Source: Pseudomonas phage vB_PaePAO1-KEN19. From it: a DNA stretch of 64,000 nucleotides. Where the stretch lies: the sequence record PP456878.1; one strand, given 5' to 3'. Positions 14,337-28,761 of this stretch are shown in pieces. The first letter of the stretch is position 1, and every line of letters starts with the position of its first letter. A model generated the notes under the pieces. That model was not told the DNA's origin. It was given only the letters and a program-made list of their open reading frames with translations, and did no database searches. Both the position numbers and the translations under genes were made by a program.

Positions 14337-15644
14337 TTACTTCTCATCATTCTCAGATGCTTTAGAAGTTTCTTTGCCATATGCAGCTAGTTCATATTTA
14401 ACAATAAATGTATATTGCGCAGCGATACATTTAGCAATATAGTTAACTAGTGCACTATTGTCAATGCCACCAATATTCAGTGCATCACGCGCTGTTTCTT
14501 TTGACATACCTGCTTCGTCAGGATTCCAATCAGCTAGGGCCTTTTCAAGATTCTCAGCAATCTTGTAATCAATCTTATTAAAGTCCTGTAGTTTAATAAC
14601 AAGACCTTTAAGAATATTAAGATGTGCTAAGATTTTACTCGGTGCACGGACATCAACTTCAACTTCATGTAGATCCGTTTCCCCATCACCCTCAACAACT
14701 TCCCACTTATTCACACCCGACTTAGAAGAAGTAACTTCTAACTTAACATTACCAGGAGCTTTCTCAACGGCTTTATTAATATCTTCAGCCATCTTAGCTT
14801 GTAAATCACTGGTGACTTGATCAATATCAATAGACTTGTCACCTTTGAGATAACGTACTCCAAGTTCGCCATATTTCCTAAGAGCAGATACATACTGAGT
14901 TGAGAATACAGTCATGAAGTCTGCAATAGTCTTCGGATTATTTGCAATAAAGCCACTACTAGATACCATATACTCAGAAGGAGTGAACTTAATTTCTTCT
15001 TTCTTTAGATCACCGGCTTTGAGTGATTTAATAGCATCAATAGTTTTAGTAATACGCATATCGAGTGCAATCAGCTTAGGATTAAAATCTTTAATCTTCT
15101 GCTTTATCATTGCAACAATCTTCTTGATAATCTCTAAAGCTTTCTTACCTGCTTCTTTTAGTTTCTCTTTGAGATCCTCAAGAGAGATAACTGCTGCTTT
15201 CTGAATAGCGCTGCGTGGAGAAGCATCGTAATTCTCAAGCGCGGCAGTGAGTCCAGATTTTTCAATACCTAGGATACGATCAATTGATTCCATGCCAACA
15301 TGCATGAAGGCAGCTGCTTGACGAGAGATACCATCTTCACCAGCTTGAAGTAAAAGACCTTGGAACTTTTCAAGTGCTTCTTTAGCATCTTCAATTAGGC
15401 CTAATTCATCTTCAGCTTGAACAATAGTCACTTCAGTATCTAATGCAGTGGGTTGAACAGCATCATCTGCATCAAGAACTTCTTCTACGGGATTATTCTC
15501 AATCTGATCTACTTCTGCTAAAACGGATGATACATCAGCAGAAGTTTCATTTTCAACGACTAATTCAACATCACCATGAATCGTAGTGCCTTGATCTTCA
15601 ATTGATTCAAGTGATAGTTTGTCTAGCATTTTAAGTAGAGACAT
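14337..15644 (-). CDS. paralog family member 3 (435 aa)
   Basis: AAFMHVGMESIDRILGIEK block; C-terminal YELAAYGK. Confidence 0.55.
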   Translation of the reverse strand: MSLLKMLDKLSLESIEDQGTTIHGDVELVVENETSADVSSVLAEVDQIENNPVEEVLDADDAVQPTALDTEVTIVQAEDELGLIEDAKEALEKFQGLLLQAGEDGISRQAAAFMHVGMESIDRILGIEKSGLTAALENYDASPRSAIQKAAVISLEDLKEKLKEAGKKALEIIKKIVAMIKQKIKDFNPKLIALDMRITKTIDAIKSLKAGDLKKEEIKFTPSEYMVSSSGFIANNPKTIADFMTVFSTQYVSALRKYGELGVRYLKGDKSIDIDQVTSDLQAKMAEDINKAVEKAPGNVKLEVTSSKSGVNKWEVVEGDGETDLHEVEVDVRAPSKILAHLNILKGLVIKLQDFNKIDYKIAENLEKALADWNPDEAGMSKETARDALNIGGIDNSALVNYIAKCIAAQYTFIVKYELAAYGKETSKASENDEK

Positions 15645-15649
15645 GTTAA

Positions 15650-16972
15650 TTACCTTACCTGGGAGGGATTATTTACTTGTTCTTGCGTAGGTCTTTGAAT
15701 TGGACGCTGGTAAGCTTTTAATTCTAACTCGGTCACGAATACTAGTCGACCCATTACTCTGACTAAACCAGCAAGAGCATTACTAAAATCTGTTACAACG
15801 CGACTTACATTATTGATCATTAATGTAATTGAATTAATGATATTTGAGATAGCAGGGATGCCATCAGGTGCATCCGGATCTTGAACTTTTGCTTGACGAT
15901 TTCGCATATTAGATTGTTGTGCCCGAATCCTACCAGCTTGTTGACGATTAGTCTCGGCTAACTGCATTAACCTACCAAATTCAAAATCTAGTTTAGTTGC
16001 ATAATCTTTTCTAGCATCTATACGTTTAGCCATTTCGCTTAATAATACTAACCGTCTTCCAATTGAACTCGTATCATTAACCTTAAAGGTATTGTTACCT
16101 TCAGGTGCATCCTTCATAGTAGGAATAGTATAAAACTTAAAGGCAAAATCACGGACAGTATTTACTAAAAAATCCCAATCCCTGATCTCTTCAGTCTGTG
16201 TTTCAGTTGGCCCTGCGCCAAATAAAGTCTTATTACCTTGAACTGGCATACTACGATAAACTGTAGAACTTACTCTAAATCTATCATCTTTCTTAATAGG
16301 TACTGCACCCTTCATCCAGTTCTTAACATTAAACTTACTAAAGTCTTGTGCAGCTCTATCAGTCCATTTTTCATCAAATGATAATTTCCTAAGGATATCC
16401 GCTACAGATTGGATATACAAGAGTAGGGATTTATCATAGAAAGCTATCAAGTTGTTAACTTGCATGAGTATCGGATCAACTGTAGTCGGTTCGAATTTAC
16501 CATCAATACTAAATCGTTTAGTATTTTTAAATTTTAATTCTTGCTTAAATGGCTCATGCTTAATATTTTCAGCTCTTTCTAAAAGCATGTTTATTCGTTC
16601 AAGAGTACGTTGATTACCTTGTGTAATAACACGTGCATACTCTTTTAACTCATCTCGATGCTTTGCTTGGGATTTTTTCATTTCATCCCAGGTATTTCGT
16701 GCTGTCTTAGATAGGTCTTCTAATGACACATTCTCAGTTTTTAGAATGTGTTCACTAACAACATCTTGGTTATCTGCATATTTTTGAAATAAGCCATCGG
16801 TATAGGTTTTAACTAAAATGTCTTTTTCAGTGCATTCTAATCTACTTTGAATATCTTCAATTGATGGCAATAATTCTTTTAGATATCCATCGCATGTAGC
16901 GATCATATCGACGGGGCTGTCCCCGTCGATTGATTCAAGTAAGACCGAATGACTAAGTGAATTATTAGTCAT
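15650..16972 (-). CDS. hypothetical protein (440 aa), possible distant fourth paralog
   Basis: C-terminal TELELKAYQ resembles the YELAAYGK / MELERYGQ tails of the adjacent paralogs. Otherwise no motifs. Confidence 0.45.
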   Translation of the reverse strand: MTNNSLSHSVLLESIDGDSPVDMIATCDGYLKELLPSIEDIQSRLECTEKDILVKTYTDGLFQKYADNQDVVSEHILKTENVSLEDLSKTARNTWDEMKKSQAKHRDELKEYARVITQGNQRTLERINMLLERAENIKHEPFKQELKFKNTKRFSIDGKFEPTTVDPILMQVNNLIAFYDKSLLLYIQSVADILRKLSFDEKWTDRAAQDFSKFNVKNWMKGAVPIKKDDRFRVSSTVYRSMPVQGNKTLFGAGPTETQTEEIRDWDFLVNTVRDFAFKFYTIPTMKDAPEGNNTFKVNDTSSIGRRLVLLSEMAKRIDARKDYATKLDFEFGRLMQLAETNRQQAGRIRAQQSNMRNRQAKVQDPDAPDGIPAISNIINSITLMINNVSRVVTDFSNALAGLVRVMGRLVFVTELELKAYQRPIQRPTQEQVNNPSQVR

Positions 16973-16981
16973 AGATAGTCC

Positions 16982-17527
16982 TCAGTCCTTATCTATTACT
17001 TCTACAGATCCAAATAGTAGATGTAGGGTATACATTAGATCATTCATACCGTTTTTGTGTTTAACCCAATTCTGGATCATTGAAACAGTATCTAGATCTA
17101 ATTTTAACTCATTAAAGAGAGTAGCAATTTCAGCGCGCGGTTCAATGAGTTGTGCACCAGCATCTGGTTCAGTAGCTAGTAACATTGGCCATTGGGTAAT
17201 TGAAATACGTCGATGACCCGTAGCAATGTATCGAACAGTATCTAATAGGAATTGATAATTATAACTATCAATATTACTATTATTGTCCTGTAGAATAAAC
17301 CAATTATAGTTTCCGCTAAAAAGACGAATAGCACAAGCTAGAACTTTCTTATGGAATTCCCAATATGCAGTTTGTGCAGGAAAGTTGGTAAAGATAAGAT
17401 ATAGTTCTTCAACTTGAGGATCACCGGGACGAGCAGTGAACCGTGAAATGGCCTGTTGTTGACCACCTGAGTAATTACGACCAAATGGGCGTACAGCATT
17501 AGTTGCTGGCATATCAATGTCCTCCAT
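16982..17527 (-). CDS. hypothetical protein (181 aa)
   Basis: ORF track; operonic. Confidence 0.5.
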   Translation of the reverse strand: MEDIDMPATNAVRPFGRNYSGGQQQAISRFTARPGDPQVEELYLIFTNFPAQTAYWEFHKKVLACAIRLFSGNYNWFILQDNNSNIDSYNYQFLLDTVRYIATGHRRISITQWPMLLATEPDAGAQLIEPRAEIATLFNELKLDLDTVSMIQNWVKHKNGMNDLMYTLHLLFGSVEVIDKD

Positions 17528-18459
17528 TAGTGACCAAGAGATAGTAGATCACGATGGTTAGCAAAGAACTCAGATGCGCGATCTTGGATCATACCTAGGC
17601 GATAGTTATAATCAGAGATACGAATTTCATACTCTTTAATAAGCTTCTGTAGGCGTGCATCCACTTTACCATTACTTTGCATTTCCCGCATTTCTTGTAA
17701 ACGTAGTTGAAGTGCAAGGAATTCTTGCTCAGCTTCTTTAAAACGTTCAACCTGATACTCAGCTAAGAACTTGCCAAATAGCACGAACGGGTTCTGACGA
17801 GGTGAGAAGCCATCCATGTTAAGTGGATCACGTTGAGCTATAGAGAGAGCACTCACAGCTACATCATAAGTACCTTCATTGACTTCAGCACTAGATGCAC
17901 GACTTAAGCGTTGTTTCAGTTCATTAGTCTTAAGACTCATTGCTGGATACAGAGTAATGAATTGCGCCATATTAGTGTATAGCCATTCTTTCTCAGCACG
18001 AGATGATTTTAATTCTGTAGCCTTACCTAATTTCATTGCTTCTTGTGCAATTAGATTTAGTAGTAGCTTACGGCCATAACGAATATAGAAACTAAGACCA
18101 TCAACAAAACGTAACATGTTTGCACGGTCAAAGGTTAGATTAGAGTTAGTAAACTGAATAGCAAATAAACGCCGGATTTCGCTTTCGATCATATCAAAGC
18201 TACCACGAATATTTGAAAGAGTATCCAGTACTAGTTTAATCGGTTCAGTATTAAAACTAATCGCTCGCCGTAGTTCAGTAGATAACCGCATACCTAAATC
18301 TGATTTAAGTTGCATATTACCAAATACTTCACCTACATCGTCAATAATTGGTGCGAGAGTTGCATCATATTCTTCACGTAATGAACGGATTTGATTTAAT
18401 AGTTCACGACGTTCAGTAACTGGTGCGAGTTCACGTACATAATCAATAATTCTCATCAC
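17527..18459 (-). CDS. hypothetical protein (310 aa)
   Basis: ORF track; stop/start overlap with the neighbour. Confidence 0.5.
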   Translation of the reverse strand: MMRIIDYVRELAPVTERRELLNQIRSLREEYDATLAPIIDDVGEVFGNMQLKSDLGMRLSTELRRAISFNTEPIKLVLDTLSNIRGSFDMIESEIRRLFAIQFTNSNLTFDRANMLRFVDGLSFYIRYGRKLLLNLIAQEAMKLGKATELKSSRAEKEWLYTNMAQFITLYPAMSLKTNELKQRLSRASSAEVNEGTYDVAVSALSIAQRDPLNMDGFSPRQNPFVLFGKFLAEYQVERFKEAEQEFLALQLRLQEMREMQSNGKVDARLQKLIKEYEIRISDYNYRLGMIQDRASEFFANHRDLLSLGH

Positions 18460-18466
18460 TCAGTCC

Positions 18467-19630
18467 TTAAATATTGGTAGACATGGTTTTATTCATCATT
18501 TTAAAGATCTCAGTGATATCCGGACCTTTATTCTTTTCAGCCATTTTAATTTCATCAAGTCGGTGAGATGTAGATAGATCAACCCCACGATGATAAATAG
18601 TTACTCGCTCATAACGGTCATCAATAACAACAAGCATCATTAGATAGCTATTGTCAAAGATCTTTTGCCGAGTGGCGAAATCATCAATACGACCATAAAG
18701 AGAATTAGAAGCAGCTTTAAGAGTTGAAGTTGATACAATCGCGATATTTGATGCATCTGCTAATGAAACCGTACCACTGCGAACTGATTGTTTCCAGTTG
18801 TTACGGCGGCGATCGGTGATTTGTTTATAAACACCTGATTTATCATTCATTAGAATGCGATAATGTTCATCGATCATATCTTGACCTAGAACGAAGTCAC
18901 GCCAGAATTTAATTTGACCAGTTTTTACTAGAAATAGGCGATGTAGCCAAGTATCTCGTCCACCAGCACTAAAGATGTGCGCAATAATCTGAGGACTAAC
19001 AGCGGCTGGAATTAAACGGATCATAACAGGAATTTTAGCTTTCTGCTTTCCTGATTTAACATCAACGTTAACCAGCTTACCAACGGCAAGGTTTTCAACT
19101 TCATAAATCTTTTGTGTATCACCACTAGAAATACTTTGTGCACTTGTACTTTCGTCATTCGCTTCCATTGAAGCTACCCAACGCTCATGTGAGTGTTCAG
19201 CGACGATATTTGGTAAATGCACAGGCTTCTCAAAAGACTCTAATGAAGGAAGACCATCAGAATACTCTTCGGCAGAGAATACACTAGTGCGAGTTACACC
19301 TGTACGGTTAGGATTAATAGTATCGAATACTTTTAAAGTATCAATCTTATCCACACCTAGAAGCATATTAACAGCTTGTAGATAATAACCAGTAAAAGAC
19401 GATGAAACAAATTTCATAACGTCTTTCATGTAAGGTTGATCAACTAAGGTTTGGTCTACGATGACCAATGGTTCAACACGAGTTGGACGTGCTAGATCGG
19501 TTAGAGAAGAAATCTCTACACCATTTTTAGTGGCTTGTAGGACAGTCTGCATTAGACCACGTACACCTTGATCAGCAGCAACAGTCATCAGAGCAGAACT
19601 TACTGCTCCGGCGATTACAGGTAATGGCAT
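18467..19630 (-). CDS. hypothetical protein (387 aa)
   Basis: ORF track; first gene of the minus-strand block, divergent from 19670. Confidence 0.5.
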   Translation of the reverse strand: MPLPVIAGAVSSALMTVAADQGVRGLMQTVLQATKNGVEISSLTDLARPTRVEPLVIVDQTLVDQPYMKDVMKFVSSSFTGYYLQAVNMLLGVDKIDTLKVFDTINPNRTGVTRTSVFSAEEYSDGLPSLESFEKPVHLPNIVAEHSHERWVASMEANDESTSAQSISSGDTQKIYEVENLAVGKLVNVDVKSGKQKAKIPVMIRLIPAAVSPQIIAHIFSAGGRDTWLHRLFLVKTGQIKFWRDFVLGQDMIDEHYRILMNDKSGVYKQITDRRRNNWKQSVRSGTVSLADASNIAIVSTSTLKAASNSLYGRIDDFATRQKIFDNSYLMMLVVIDDRYERVTIYHRGVDLSTSHRLDEIKMAEKNKGPDITEIFKMMNKTMSTNI

Positions 19631-19666
19631 TTTTCTCTTCCTATATGGGTTTGCAGAGAGTTATAA

Positions 19667-23638
<3,972 letters not shown>

Positions 23639-23646
23639 GGTCATAA

Positions 23647-23666
23647 GCCCTCCCCTAGGGGAGGGC
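23647..23666. terminator. bidirectional hairpin GCCCTCCCCTAGGGGAGGGC between convergent genes
   Basis: Perfect palindrome flanked by TCATAA / ATTATG. Confidence 0.6.
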
Positions 23667-23679
23667 ATTATGTTGTATT

Positions 23680-24969
23680 TTACATTGCATAACCACGTTT
23701 AAAGTCATCGATGACTTTATCAAATCGACGCTGCCATTCGCGAATAGCATCATTGAAGCCATGGATCTTATAATCTTCACTAACTACTTGTGCACACTTA
23801 CCATAATAGTTAAGTACGCAACTAGCTGCTAGATATTGTGCTTGAGAATATTCAAACATCGTATCAGTAATACGACGCATACCTTCAAGGGAAGTGTTGA
23901 TTAATTGAACAGACTCACCAATAGCATCAATAGTTTCTTGACTATAATTACGTGATAGTTGCTTTAACTTACGTAGAGTATCACTGCTATTGCGATATGC
24001 TTTTAACAAATCATCAAGTGGTGCGACAAAACGATCTTTTAACAGATGTGAGTTTTTCCAGAAATTCTTATCAGGGAAATCTGGAATGCTTGAACGATCA
24101 GGATACACTGTAGATAGTTCATTGCACCGGGTAGCTAGTTTACCAATCTCACGGATATTAGCGATAGGCATAAGTGCACGATAATCATCACCATTGTAAT
24201 TAACATATTCAATGATAGTGCCAACTAGCTTTTCCATTGTACCTAGTTCAGTACGTGCTTCATTATTAATATTAATGATTTCTTTCTGGTAGTATACACT
24301 ACCAAATGCAGCAGCATATACACGACTAGCTAGGATTTTAGGATCATCAATGATTGATTGTGCAATTGCATCAAACTTTTCTAGTAATGCATCCTTTCGA
24401 TTACCTAATCGATTTTTAACTAGTAACTCTTGAAAGAGAGTACGTGCTTGATCAACTGCCCGGACAATCTTTCCATAACGAGTTGCTACAACAACATCAC
24501 GCTTCTTAAAATCACTAATCCAACGCATCAGCTTAGCAAATAGTTCCATTAGTTTCTCAAACCAAGTCTTAAGAGTATTAATGATGGTAGCCATCACTGC
24601 CTCTTGAGAAATAGTCACATTAAGAGTACTACGGGTTGGTGTAAACATAGAAGCATATTGCTCAAGTGAAGCTACTGCTTTCTTAGGAGCTTCAAACCCT
24701 TCAGTGCTCATGCGCTTAACTAATGCTCGAATACCATCAACATCTGGTTTTGATACGCCTTCAAGTTTAGTGATTGCATAAATATCAGATAGCTGATGAA
24801 TCGCTTCGACAGCTACACACATCTTAGCTAAAATTTCAGGAGCCGAGGCACTTGAAACAGTCTCTTCTTCGCCTTCAACCATCTCTGGTTGGTTCTCATC
24901 AAAGAAAAGTTTTTCCTCTTCGACATCTACTTCTTTAACATGAGACATGGGTTTAACCTCACTCATCAA
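23680..24969 (-). CDS. hypothetical protein (429 aa)
   Basis: ORF track. Confidence 0.5.
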   Translation of the reverse strand: MMSEVKPMSHVKEVDVEEEKLFFDENQPEMVEGEEETVSSASAPEILAKMCVAVEAIHQLSDIYAITKLEGVSKPDVDGIRALVKRMSTEGFEAPKKAVASLEQYASMFTPTRSTLNVTISQEAVMATIINTLKTWFEKLMELFAKLMRWISDFKKRDVVVATRYGKIVRAVDQARTLFQELLVKNRLGNRKDALLEKFDAIAQSIIDDPKILASRVYAAAFGSVYYQKEIININNEARTELGTMEKLVGTIIEYVNYNGDDYRALMPIANIREIGKLATRCNELSTVYPDRSSIPDFPDKNFWKNSHLLKDRFVAPLDDLLKAYRNSSDTLRKLKQLSRNYSQETIDAIGESVQLINTSLEGMRRITDTMFEYSQAQYLAASCVLNYYGKCAQVVSEDYKIHGFNDAIREWQRRFDKVIDDFKRGYAM

Positions 24970-25408
24970 TACTACCGATTAATTGATTTAATGCATTACC
25001 CATGTCTGCTTGGATACGGTTATAATCTGGGCCATTAACAACGGCAGAGACAATATTGATATCATCGACAGTTAGATAATCATTAGCGGTATCAGATGTC
25101 AGTACAGCTTTGACAAGACATGGATCAGTAATACCGTTGATAAGACTTTGGCGAATGCGAAGAATATTGTTAAAATATGTTACGGCTAGTTTAGTATCAA
25201 CTGCAATATTCTCATTAACTTTACTTAAGATTTTCTTAAATTTAGCAACAGCTTTATCCTGTTGTTCATTGAAATCAAGTAAAATCTCAAATGGAATCTG
25301 TAATGCCACCGCATTAGCTAGGAGCATTGCGCGGGTTTTACGATCAGAACCACCTAAGTTAGGCAGTTGCTTTAGAATACGGGAAAGTTCAAAACCTAAT
25401 TGTTGCAT
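24959..25408 (-). CDS. hypothetical protein (149 aa)
   Basis: ORF track; overlaps the downstream gene by 11 nt. Confidence 0.45.
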   Translation of the reverse strand: MQQLGFELSRILKQLPNLGGSDRKTRAMLLANAVALQIPFEILLDFNEQQDKAVAKFKKILSKVNENIAVDTKLAVTYFNNILRIRQSLINGITDPCLVKAVLTSDTANDYLTVDDINIVSAVVNGPDYNRIQADMGNALNQLIGSIDE

Positions 25409-25419
25409 GATTTTTCTCT

Positions 25420-26661
25420 CTATTTAGTTAAGCGGTAGGCTCTTACAAATAAGTCATTATTTAATAGACTTTCTAAAGTATCTTCTAATTCAGTAGCCCG
25501 TTTATCTTTACGACGCTGGGGACTAAGGAAATCTAAAATTTTATCAAAAATGGTCCACTCATTAGCTAAATCATTTATCAATGAATCAATTACTTTAATG
25601 TCATCATCAATTCCTGGTTTTAGTGATGAGTCCTTTACCCATTTAAGTTGTGCTACTAGATCTTGTTTAATTTTCATTAAACGTTGTCGTTGTTTGTCAT
25701 AACGTGAACTAATTGGATCATATCCAACTTTTAAATTACCGGCAATGATACCTAGTGTAACAGGTAAACCAATGATCATAAATAGACCTTTGAATACCTC
25801 AGCAGTAATATGGCTAGAAACAGATTTATATTCACGGTCATTATAATACCGACCTGATTTAGTTAATGCCGTTGCCAGTGGCCTTCCATAACCTAATCGA
25901 GTGGCGAATAAATCAGCTAATTGTTCATCGCGTTTACGTGATTGAACATCACCAGTTAAATGCGGACGTTGCGCTTTCTTAAATGATGATAGAATGACTT
26001 TACGAATATTTCCTTCAGTCCTATCATTAGCAAACTTCTCATAATCGGCTGGATCAACGTTTTTCTTTAACCATGTTTCATCCAATAATTGAATCTTATA
26101 CTTATTAGCTTTCCTACCCTGTAAGATAAGTATACCTTCAGTAAGTGCATAGTTAAGATAGACGTAGTCACCCATTGTAGCCAGTGTTTCCCAACAATGC
26201 CCAATTTCATGTAATGTAATGGCAGTAGCTTCTGCTATACTAACACGGTTAATAGCCGATAATAAACCAATAGATAAACCGACCTTGTATTTAAAAGTTG
26301 AAACAGCCTCACCCGTAACTTTTAAATTTGTTAAATCAATATTAATGAATGTATTGACACCTTGCTCAGTTGCTAAAGTAACTCGATTAATATTGTCAAA
26401 TTTACTACCAGTATGTCCAACTGTAAAGGATGTGTATGCACCACCCATTATACCCTGATCATCCAGGTGTGTAAACTCTATATTCATATTGAGGATCTTA
26501 GAAACATCATCACTCAGTGACCTAAAATCATTAATATCTATTCTCTGTTGATTATCTAATTTATCACGAATCTTGGTTAGATGTTCTTCGATCAATGGAC
26601 CTAAGTCACGCTTAACATTCACATCTAACACTTCATTAGAGATTTCTATCGTATGTAGCAT
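25420..26661 (-). CDS. zinc metalloprotease-like protein (HExxH, M48/HtpX-like) with a TM segment, 413 aa
   Basis: HEIGH motif (AITLHEIGHCWE). Hydrophobic helix GLFMIIGLPVTLGIIAGNL. Confidence 0.5.
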   Translation of the reverse strand: MLHTIEISNEVLDVNVKRDLGPLIEEHLTKIRDKLDNQQRIDINDFRSLSDDVSKILNMNIEFTHLDDQGIMGGAYTSFTVGHTGSKFDNINRVTLATEQGVNTFINIDLTNLKVTGEAVSTFKYKVGLSIGLLSAINRVSIAEATAITLHEIGHCWETLATMGDYVYLNYALTEGILILQGRKANKYKIQLLDETWLKKNVDPADYEKFANDRTEGNIRKVILSSFKKAQRPHLTGDVQSRKRDEQLADLFATRLGYGRPLATALTKSGRYYNDREYKSVSSHITAEVFKGLFMIIGLPVTLGIIAGNLKVGYDPISSRYDKQRQRLMKIKQDLVAQLKWVKDSSLKPGIDDDIKVIDSLINDLANEWTIFDKILDFLSPQRRKDKRATELEDTLESLLNNDLFVRAYRLTK

Positions 26662-26762
26662 TTTATATCTCTACCAGTATTAATTTATAATCATAAAGAT
26701 AAGGCTGCGTTGTATAGAATTCAATCTTATGCACTACGTATTATAAAAGAGGCGCACACAAA

Positions 26763-28277
26763 ATGTTTGAGTTATTGTTGTCTTCTGGACTAACAAATAC
26801 GCCTATATATTCCGATCCTTATCCAGGTCCTAAAACACTGATAGCTGGGACAAGGGAATTAGGTTTGTATGGTGAAACAACATCTTCAGAATTATTTGGT
26901 TATGATGATGCAGCTAAATTAGTTAATATGACATTTGGAACAGTAATCAATGATGGACAACCATGGTTAAAGTTCTCTAATAAAAATGTTACTTGTTACA
27001 TACCAAAGAAACCAGCTCGTAAATCAATACAAAAATCACGGCTTAATAATGCCGGACTCCGTAATGGTGACTATGAAGTTAGATTTATGGGGAACATTTA
27101 TAAATTTGGTTTATTAACAATGGCTGGTGCCACATCAGAATGGCAAAGGTTACTTTATAATGTTCACGTATCTAATTTAAATGGTGCTAACTGGCCTTAT
27201 AAATTTACAGATAATGACTTAGGTATTAACCAAGCGGTCGCTGGTGGTATTAGCACTGATGGTACTACTAACTGGGGAAGAGACCCAGGTAGTGATCCAG
27301 TTAATGACCAGCTCTATCGTGGCTACTATGCGATTGATATAACTAGCTCGTCAAGTAGTGAAACGGGTGCTGCAACCCAAGGTTGGCGTCCAGTGGTTTA
27401 TGCTAGTGGTACATATCCATTCGTTAAAGATAATGTTATTAAACTTACTGATTTTGAAACTGATAACGAAATGGCAGCAGGTGCCCAAATAGGTAACTTA
27501 GTCTATTATTACGGTGGTAAGAATAATGCTAATACTGCTCTACGTACACTGAATTTAGTCACGGGTAAGTTAACAACATTACAACCAACTGGTACGCCTA
27601 TAGCAGTTAAACAATGCTCGGCTGTTGCATTTAATGGTAAAGTATATTTCTATGGTGGTGAAAGTGCCACAGATGGTGTACTTACTAAAGATATGCAGTG
27701 TTATGATCCTGCAACTAATACATGGGAAATAAAATCACCAGGCACGATAGCTTGCCGGTATGCACGTGGAACTAGTCTTAATGGGTTAATCTACATATTA
27801 GGTGCAGCTGATACAACTGCGACAAATAATCGTGGATTTACATTAATGTACAATCCAACTACAGATACATATACCAGTGGTGCAGCATTTAATGATACTG
27901 GGGAATATACCCAAGATTATTCAGTGAGTATTTATAATAATAGCGTATGCGTTATTGGTGGTACGGTTGGTGCTGGTGTTAATACTGGAATCATATCGTA
28001 CAATCAAACCAACAATAATTGGTCCAAACCAATAACTACAGGTATACCTCTTGGTGCAGCTATTAATATACGCCCATCTGGTGAACTTTATGTAATCGCT
28101 GGTGAAAATCAAAATAACGCACCAATTAAGTATTATGAACCACGATTAGCACGATGGATAAATTTAGGTAATTTAGAAACTGGTTTAGTGGATGCAGGTT
28201 TTGCCAATACGTTTAATAATGACGGTAAGATTTATGTTCTAAACGGTAATCAGAATTTAAAATACCAAATTAGTTAA
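26763..28277 (+). CDS. Kelch-repeat beta-propeller protein (504 aa)
   Basis: Repeated blades: KVYFYGG, LIYILGAAD, SVCVIGGTVGAG, ELYVIAGENQ, KIYVLNGNQN, each with a following W/Y. Followed by hairpin 28287-28305. Confidence 0.5.
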   Translation: MFELLLSSGLTNTPIYSDPYPGPKTLIAGTRELGLYGETTSSELFGYDDAAKLVNMTFGTVINDGQPWLKFSNKNVTCYIPKKPARKSIQKSRLNNAGLRNGDYEVRFMGNIYKFGLLTMAGATSEWQRLLYNVHVSNLNGANWPYKFTDNDLGINQAVAGGISTDGTTNWGRDPGSDPVNDQLYRGYYAIDITSSSSSETGAATQGWRPVVYASGTYPFVKDNVIKLTDFETDNEMAAGAQIGNLVYYYGGKNNANTALRTLNLVTGKLTTLQPTGTPIAVKQCSAVAFNGKVYFYGGESATDGVLTKDMQCYDPATNTWEIKSPGTIACRYARGTSLNGLIYILGAADTTATNNRGFTLMYNPTTDTYTSGAAFNDTGEYTQDYSVSIYNNSVCVIGGTVGAGVNTGIISYNQTNNNWSKPITTGIPLGAAINIRPSGELYVIAGENQNNAPIKYYEPRLARWINLGNLETGLVDAGFANTFNNDGKIYVLNGNQNLKYQIS

Positions 28278-28286
28278 CGAAATAAA

Positions 28287-28305
28287 CCCTCCCGTAATGG
28301 GAGGG
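28287..28305. terminator. hairpin CCCTCCC-GTAAT-GGGAGGG followed by TTTTATG
   Basis: Downstream of gene 26763..28277. Confidence 0.55.
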
Positions 28306-28383
28306 TTTTATGATGTGTCGAAGTTTATGTTAGCAGTAATGATCAATTGATAATATTTAATTAGGAATACCTTCCATTTTTTA

Positions 28384-28761
28384 ATATCCTTCATTAAGTA
28401 GTTCTGCTAGAGCACGTGCCTGTGAAATATCAGTAGAAGCAAAAACATCAGAAAGATAGTTATCATGTTCTTTTGCATTCTGACGCAATTCATCCATTAG
28501 ATGTTTATTAGATACCGCCCATACTTTCCACAGATTTTTATAATCATCATATTTGGGATTATACCCGTCTAGTGGTGGTTTTCCTTTACCAGCTTTCCAA
28601 TGGTTGGAGTATATGCGATATCCTTTACAATCTAACTGCCAAGCTTCCTCAATTGTTCTGCCATCAGGAAGCCTTGCGTAAAGAGCCGAGAATCTTTTGT
28701 CACCAACAGATGAACATTCATATCCTCCTCGGCGCTTCCACTGATATATTACTTTGGGTTC
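28384..28761 (-). pseudogene. start-less 125-codon open frame directly downstream of the polymerase fragment, in the -1 frame
   Basis: No ATG in frame. The frame opens at the slippery heptamer C_CCA_AAG, which abuts the polymerase TAA stop. An AGGAGG RBS precedes an ATG in a different frame that closes after 30 codons. Confidence 0.35.
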
